Shown piece by piece: positions 59,527-64,000 of a stretch of 64,000 nucleotides of DNA. Source of the stretch: Alphaproteobacteria bacterium (GTDB lineage: Bacteria; Pseudomonadota; Alphaproteobacteria; JAAXGF01); assembly GCA_963555825.3 (NCBI GenBank), contig CAUVXB020000002.1, positions 992,001 to 1,056,000 of the forward strand, written 5' to 3'. The number at the start of each line of letters is the position of its first letter. The first letter of the stretch is position 1. The notes under the pieces were generated by a model. That model was not told the DNA's origin and did no database searches. It saw nothing but the letters and a program-made list of their open reading frames with translations. The position numbers and the translations under genes were made by a program.

Positions 59527-60360
59527 CTAAAGCCAGCGCTTGCGGCGCCGGTAATGCTTGAAGTCGCGGTAGCTCTTTCGGCCGGACGCGCTGAGGCCCA
59601 GGTAGAACTCCTTGACGTCTTCGTTGTCGCGCAGCTTCCCGGCGTCGCCGTCCATGACGACGCGGCCGTTCTCGAGGATATAGCCGTAATGCGCGTAGCG
59701 TAGCGCGACGTTGGTGTTCTGCTCGGCGAGCAGGAAGCTGACGCCCTCGTTCTCGTTGAGCTGCTTGACGATCTCGAATATCTCCTCGACGAGCTGCGGC
59801 GCGAGACCCATCGAAGGCTCGTCCAAGAGGATCATCTTGGGCCGCGACATCAGCGCGCGGCCGAGCGCGCACATCTGCTGCTCGCCGCCCGAGGTATAGC
59901 CGGCCTGCGCCTTTCGGCGCTCCCTGAGGCGCGGAAAGTAGCCATAGACCAGATCGAGATCGGCTTCTATCGCGGCCTTGCCGTCGCGCCGGGTGTACGC
60001 GCCGGTCAGGAGATTCTCCTCGACGGTCAGGTGCTCGAAGCAGTGGCGTCCTTCCATGACCTGGATGACGCCGAGCCGAACCAACTCGTTCGGCGTCAGC
60101 GCGTCGACCCGCTTGCCGGCGTATTCGATCGAGCCCTTGGTGACCTCGCCGCGCTCGGCGCGCAGCAGGTTCGAGATCGCCTTGAGCGTGGTCGTCTTGC
60201 CGGCGCCGTTGGCCCCGAGGAGGGCGGCGATGCGCCCCTCGGGAACCTCGAGCGAGACGCCCTTCAACACCAAGATCACGTGGTCGTAGATGACCTCGAT
60301 GTTGTTGACGGCCAGAAGAGGCGCGTCGCCTGCGGCCTCGAGCGCCGCGGGCGCTTCCAT
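59527..60360 (-). CDS. ABC transporter ATP-binding protein (LivF-like)
   Basis: GANGAGKTT, SGGEQQM, LLDEPSMGLAP. Confidence 0.95.
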   Translation of the reverse strand: MEAPAALEAAGDAPLLAVNNIEVIYDHVILVLKGVSLEVPEGRIAALLGANGAGKTTTLKAISNLLRAERGEVTKGSIEYAGKRVDALTPNELVRLGVIQVMEGRHCFEHLTVEENLLTGAYTRRDGKAAIEADLDLVYGYFPRLRERRKAQAGYTSGGEQQMCALGRALMSRPKMILLDEPSMGLAPQLVEEIFEIVKQLNENEGVSFLLAEQNTNVALRYAHYGYILENGRVVMDGDAGKLRDNEDVKEFYLGLSASGRKSYRDFKHYRRRKRWL

Positions 60361-60411
60361 AGGAATCCTCCTAAAGCCGTCGTGACCGGCCGCTCACACG
60401 TTGCGCGGCGG

Positions 60412-61737
60412 TCAGTCGGTGCCGTCGCACTTGCGCGGCGTGATGCCCTTCTCGGCGGCGTAGGCGGCGGCGGCGGCCTCGATCATCGGGCGAACGACGT
60501 CGCGCATCGGCGTGATCCAGTCGCTGACGAACACCCACTTCGAGCCGTCCCACTGCTGGATGCGCACGGGACCGTTGCTCTCGTGGTCCTCGCAGGTGAC
60601 CTTGACCGGGTTGGTGAAGCCGGCGAGGCCGAGCGCGGCCAGCCGATCGGCCGTGAGGTCGAGGTTCTCGAGCCCATACTGGACCTGCTCGCCGGTCAGC
60701 GGCTTGTTGCCGAACTTGCCCATGGCGGTGCTGATCGCCTCGGTCGAGAATACCGCGTTGATCAGGCCGCGGTTGTACAGCACCTCGCCGAAGTTGTTCT
60801 CCTTCGCCTTGGCGAGATCGCCGCCATAGAGACTCGCCAGGATTTCCTGGTGCGCCGGCCAATCGCTGCCGTTGCCGGTGAAGTTAGCGCCCTTGTAGCC
60901 GGTCGCGGCGTCACCCGCCGGCACGACGTCCGCTTCGGACGAAGACCACCAGTTGCCGATGAAGTGATCCATCGGGTAGTTGACCGCGGCGGCTTCCTTG
61001 ATCGCCACCTGGTTCATGACGCCCCAGCCGGACATGTACACCCAGTCGGGTTTGTTGCGGCGGATCTGCAGCCAGGTCGCCTTCTGCTCCTGGCCCGGAT
61101 GGTCGACCGGCAACAAGAGGAGCTCATAGCCGTGCTTCTCGGCCAGGACCTCGAGCGTCGGGTTGGCTTCCTTGCCGTAGGGGCTGTTGTGGTAGACGTG
61201 GGCGATCTTCTTGCCCGCGAGCTTGTCGAGGCCGCCTTCCTGGGCGCCGATGTACTTGATGACCGCCGAGGCCTGGCTCCAATAGGTCGTCGGGAAGTTG
61301 AAGGTCCACTTGAACACGCGGCCGTCGGCCGAAGCGGTGCGGCCGTAGCCCATCGAGTGCACCGGGACGTGGTCGGCCCAGGTCTTCTCGATCAGCTGGT
61401 AGGTGATGCCCGTCGACAGCGGATTGAACACCGCGGCGCCGGTCTCGCCTTCGCCCTTCAGCTTCTCGTAGCATTCCACGCCGACATCGGTCTTGTAGCC
61501 GGTCTCGCATTCGATCAGGTCGATCATGACGCCGTTGACGCCGCCCTTGGAGTTCACGAGCGCGATGTAATCGCGGACCCCGTTGGCGAACGGCGTGCCG
61601 TTCGGCGCATAGGCGCCGGTCCGGTACGTCAGAGACGGAAGCGTCATCGAGCCTTCCGCGAGCGCGGTCGTCGTCGGCGCCAGCGCGGCCACGAAGGCGG
61701 CCGCCGCCGCGCCAAGTATCAGTTTCCTCACAAACAT
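60412..61737 (-). CDS. ABC substrate-binding protein (branched-chain amino acid type fold)
   Basis: Signal peptide, YRTGAYAP, GGVNG, CETGY, PYGKE. Confidence 0.92.
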   Translation of the reverse strand: MFVRKLILGAAAAAFVAALAPTTTALAEGSMTLPSLTYRTGAYAPNGTPFANGVRDYIALVNSKGGVNGVMIDLIECETGYKTDVGVECYEKLKGEGETGAAVFNPLSTGITYQLIEKTWADHVPVHSMGYGRTASADGRVFKWTFNFPTTYWSQASAVIKYIGAQEGGLDKLAGKKIAHVYHNSPYGKEANPTLEVLAEKHGYELLLLPVDHPGQEQKATWLQIRRNKPDWVYMSGWGVMNQVAIKEAAAVNYPMDHFIGNWWSSSEADVVPAGDAATGYKGANFTGNGSDWPAHQEILASLYGGDLAKAKENNFGEVLYNRGLINAVFSTEAISTAMGKFGNKPLTGEQVQYGLENLDLTADRLAALGLAGFTNPVKVTCEDHESNGPVRIQQWDGSKWVFVSDWITPMRDVVRPMIEAAAAAYAAEKGITPRKCDGTD

Positions 61738-61894
61738 CCCATTCCTCCCTAAGATCGATTGTATGATTGGTGTTCCAACGACGTGACGCTTTGGCGCGCC
61801 ACCGCCGACGGAAACAACGAGCAAGCGTAACACACCGCCGAAGCGGCCGTAAACGCCCCTTCGGGCGCGTCGATCCGGCGCCGGTCCGGCCCGC

Positions 61895-62968
61895 CTAATG
61901 CGGGAACGGCCACAGCCGGAGCTTTTCCTTGGCGATCTGCCAGAGCCGCGCCAGCCCGCGCGGCTCGACGATCAGGAAGAAGATGATCAACCCGCCGAAG
62001 ACCATGAACTCGATGTGCTTGGCGTCGACCGCCTGCATGCCCAGCCCGCCGACGAAGAGATTGGTCAGCATGATCGGCATCAGCACGATGAAGGCCGCGC
62101 CCATGATCGAGCCCATGACGCTGCCCAGGCCCCCGATGATGATCATGAACAGCACCAGGAACGACAGGTTGATGTCGAAGGCGATGGTCTCGACGCTGCC
62201 GAAGTGGAGCATGAACAGCTCGGCGCCGGCGACGCCGCAGACGAACGACGAGACGGCGAAGGCCAGCAGCTTGGTTTGCAGCGGTCGGATGCCGATGATC
62301 TCGGCGGCGATGTCCATGTCGCGGATCGCCATCCAGGCGCGCCCGATGCGTCCGCGCACCAGATTCTTGACCAACACGGCGAACAGCACGAGCATGGATA
62401 GGGCGGTCAGATACTTGACCTCCGGCGTGGCCAGCGCGCCGGTGATCAAGACGCCGAACATCTCGCGCGGCGGCGCGTCGATCGTCCCCGACGGATTATA
62501 GTTGTAAAACCAGGCGACCCGGTTGAACAGCCAGATCAGGAAGAACTGGGCGGCGAGCGTCGCGACCGCGAGGTAGAAGCCCTTGATGCGCAGGCTGGGC
62601 AGGCCGAAGAAGACGCCGACGGCGGCCGCGAAGCCGCCCGAGAGCACGAACACGACGATGATGTTGAGCTCGGGGAAGCCGGTCGCCAGCTTATACGACG
62701 CATAGGCGCCGACCGCCATGAAGCCGCCGGTGCCCAAGCTGAGCTGGCCGGCGTAGCCGGTCAGGATGTTGAGGCCGACCGCTGCCAGCGCGTAGACCAC
62801 GAAGGGGATCAGGATCGCGTTGAACCAGTAGTCGTTGGCGACCAAGGGCACGACGACGAAGGCGACGATCAGCACGGCGGCGACGAACACCCGGTCCTGG
62901 GCAATCGGGAAGATCGCCTGGTCGGCGCCGTAACTGGTCTTGAACTGGCCCGCCTCGCGGTAGATCAC
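61895..62968 (-). CDS. ABC permease (LivM-like)
   Basis: GLNILTGYAGQLSLG, LRIKGFYLAVATLA, IIGGLGS. Confidence 0.93.
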   Translation of the reverse strand: MIYREAGQFKTSYGADQAIFPIAQDRVFVAAVLIVAFVVVPLVANDYWFNAILIPFVVYALAAVGLNILTGYAGQLSLGTGGFMAVGAYASYKLATGFPELNIIVVFVLSGGFAAAVGVFFGLPSLRIKGFYLAVATLAAQFFLIWLFNRVAWFYNYNPSGTIDAPPREMFGVLITGALATPEVKYLTALSMLVLFAVLVKNLVRGRIGRAWMAIRDMDIAAEIIGIRPLQTKLLAFAVSSFVCGVAGAELFMLHFGSVETIAFDINLSFLVLFMIIIGGLGSVMGSIMGAAFIVLMPIMLTNLFVGGLGMQAVDAKHIEFMVFGGLIIFFLIVEPRGLARLWQIAKEKLRLWPFPH

Positions 62969-62971
62969 GTC

Positions 62972-63907
62972 TCATACCCTCTCGATGATGCGTTCGCCGA
63001 ACAGGCCCTGGGGTCGGAACACCAGGAACACCAGCGCCAGCATGTAGGCGAACCAGCCCTCGATCGCGCCGCCCAGCGCCGGTCCCCAGTAGATTTCGGC
63101 GATCTTTTCGCCGACGCCGATGATCAGACCGCCGACGATGGCGCCCGGCACCGAGGTGAAGCCGCCCAGGATGAGCACCGGCAGCGCCTTGAGCGCGATC
63201 AGCGACAGCGAGAACTGCACGCCGCTCTTGGAACCCCACATGATGCCGGCGACCAGCGCGACGATGCCGGCGACCGACCAGACGATGATCCAGATCGTCT
63301 TCAGCGGGATGCCGACCGAGAGCGCCGCCTGATGATCGTCGGCGACGGCGCGCAGCGCGCGGCCGATGCGCGTATAGTGGAAGAAAACGGCGAGCACGGC
63401 GACCAGGGTGCCGGCGGTGGCCGCGGCGACCAGCTCGAACTCGTTCAACAGCACGCCGCCAACCTCGAACGGGCTGTCGGGGATGCCGATGTCGAGCCGC
63501 TTGACGTTGCTGCCCCAAAGCGAATCGCCCAGGCCCTCGAGGAAGAAGGCGAGCCCGATGGTCGACATGAACAAGATGATGTGTTCCTGGTTGACCAGCG
63601 GGCGCAGCACGAGGCGCTCGATGGCGAAGGCCAGCGCGACCATCACCGCCGCCGTCAGCACCAGCGCGATGGGTATCGGAACGCCCCACTCCATGATGCC
63701 GACCAACGTCAGCGCGGCGAACAGCGCGAGTACGCCTTGGGCGAAATTGAACACGCCCGAGGCCTTGAAGATGAGCACGAAGCCGAGCGCCACCAGCGAA
63801 TACATGACGCCCGCCGACAGGCCGCCGACCACCACCTCGATGAAGAAGATCGGCTCACCGGCGATGTCGAGGAACGGCGCCACCAGCATGTCGTTGAGGA
63901 ATTCCAT
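62972..63907 (-). CDS. ABC permease (LivH-like)
   Basis: YSLVALGFVLIF..SGVFNFAQG, GRALRAVADD, RPQGLFG. Confidence 0.93.
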   Translation of the reverse strand: MEFLNDMLVAPFLDIAGEPIFFIEVVVGGLSAGVMYSLVALGFVLIFKASGVFNFAQGVLALFAALTLVGIMEWGVPIPIALVLTAAVMVALAFAIERLVLRPLVNQEHIILFMSTIGLAFFLEGLGDSLWGSNVKRLDIGIPDSPFEVGGVLLNEFELVAAATAGTLVAVLAVFFHYTRIGRALRAVADDHQAALSVGIPLKTIWIIVWSVAGIVALVAGIMWGSKSGVQFSLSLIALKALPVLILGGFTSVPGAIVGGLIIGVGEKIAEIYWGPALGGAIEGWFAYMLALVFLVFRPQGLFGERIIERV

Positions 63908-63918
63908 CGGCTGCCGGG

Positions 63919-64000
63919 CTACGCCTCGTGCGGGACGCCGAGATAGGCGTCGATGACGTTCTGGTCGGCGCGCACCACGTCGGGCGGGCCGTCGGCGATC
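63919..64000 (-). CDS. ABC ATP-binding protein (LivG-like), C-terminal end, cut by window edge
   Basis: IADGPPDVVRADQNVIDAYLGVPHEA*. Confidence 0.8.
   Translation of the reverse strand, partial: IADGPPDVVRADQNVIDAYLGVPHEA

Overview
GC-rich alphaproteobacterial chromosome segment (hemC-hemD-mitofilin-like-hemY and ccmA-I synteny suggest a Rhodospirillales-like host; this is inference). The backbone carries ABC transporters, cspA, tsaD, haem and cytochrome c maturation genes and catabolic enzymes. It is interrupted by three accessory regions. (1) A decayed island at tRNA-Arg(CCG), 2311-7912, with a 46-bp attR, an integrase remnant, two IS elements and two broken genes that can be rebuilt as a ParB-N/HEPN-like protein and an RxxxxH HEPN protein. 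(2) An IS-dense region after tRNA-Thr(CGT), about 18980-32502. Removing its ISs reveals an ordered array of at least 11 degenerate 24/25-bp palindromes (GTCyGCT...AGCrGAC) with unique spacers of exactly 36 or 22 bp. The array brackets a TIGR02466 gene like a cassette and is the target of all three IS1182 and both IS110/IS1111 insertions. This is the best candidate for an undescribed system. (3) Two gene modules at 34943-39615 delimited by 250-270-bp re-copies of the 3' end of a cyclodeaminase gene, with no recombinase nearby. Also present: three copies of a 270-bp structured element with covarying stems sitting exactly at operon junctions, one related MITE, AT-rich REP-like palindromes between convergent genes, and an oxidoreductase with an in-frame TGA. 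All calls come from reading motifs by eye; no database search was run.
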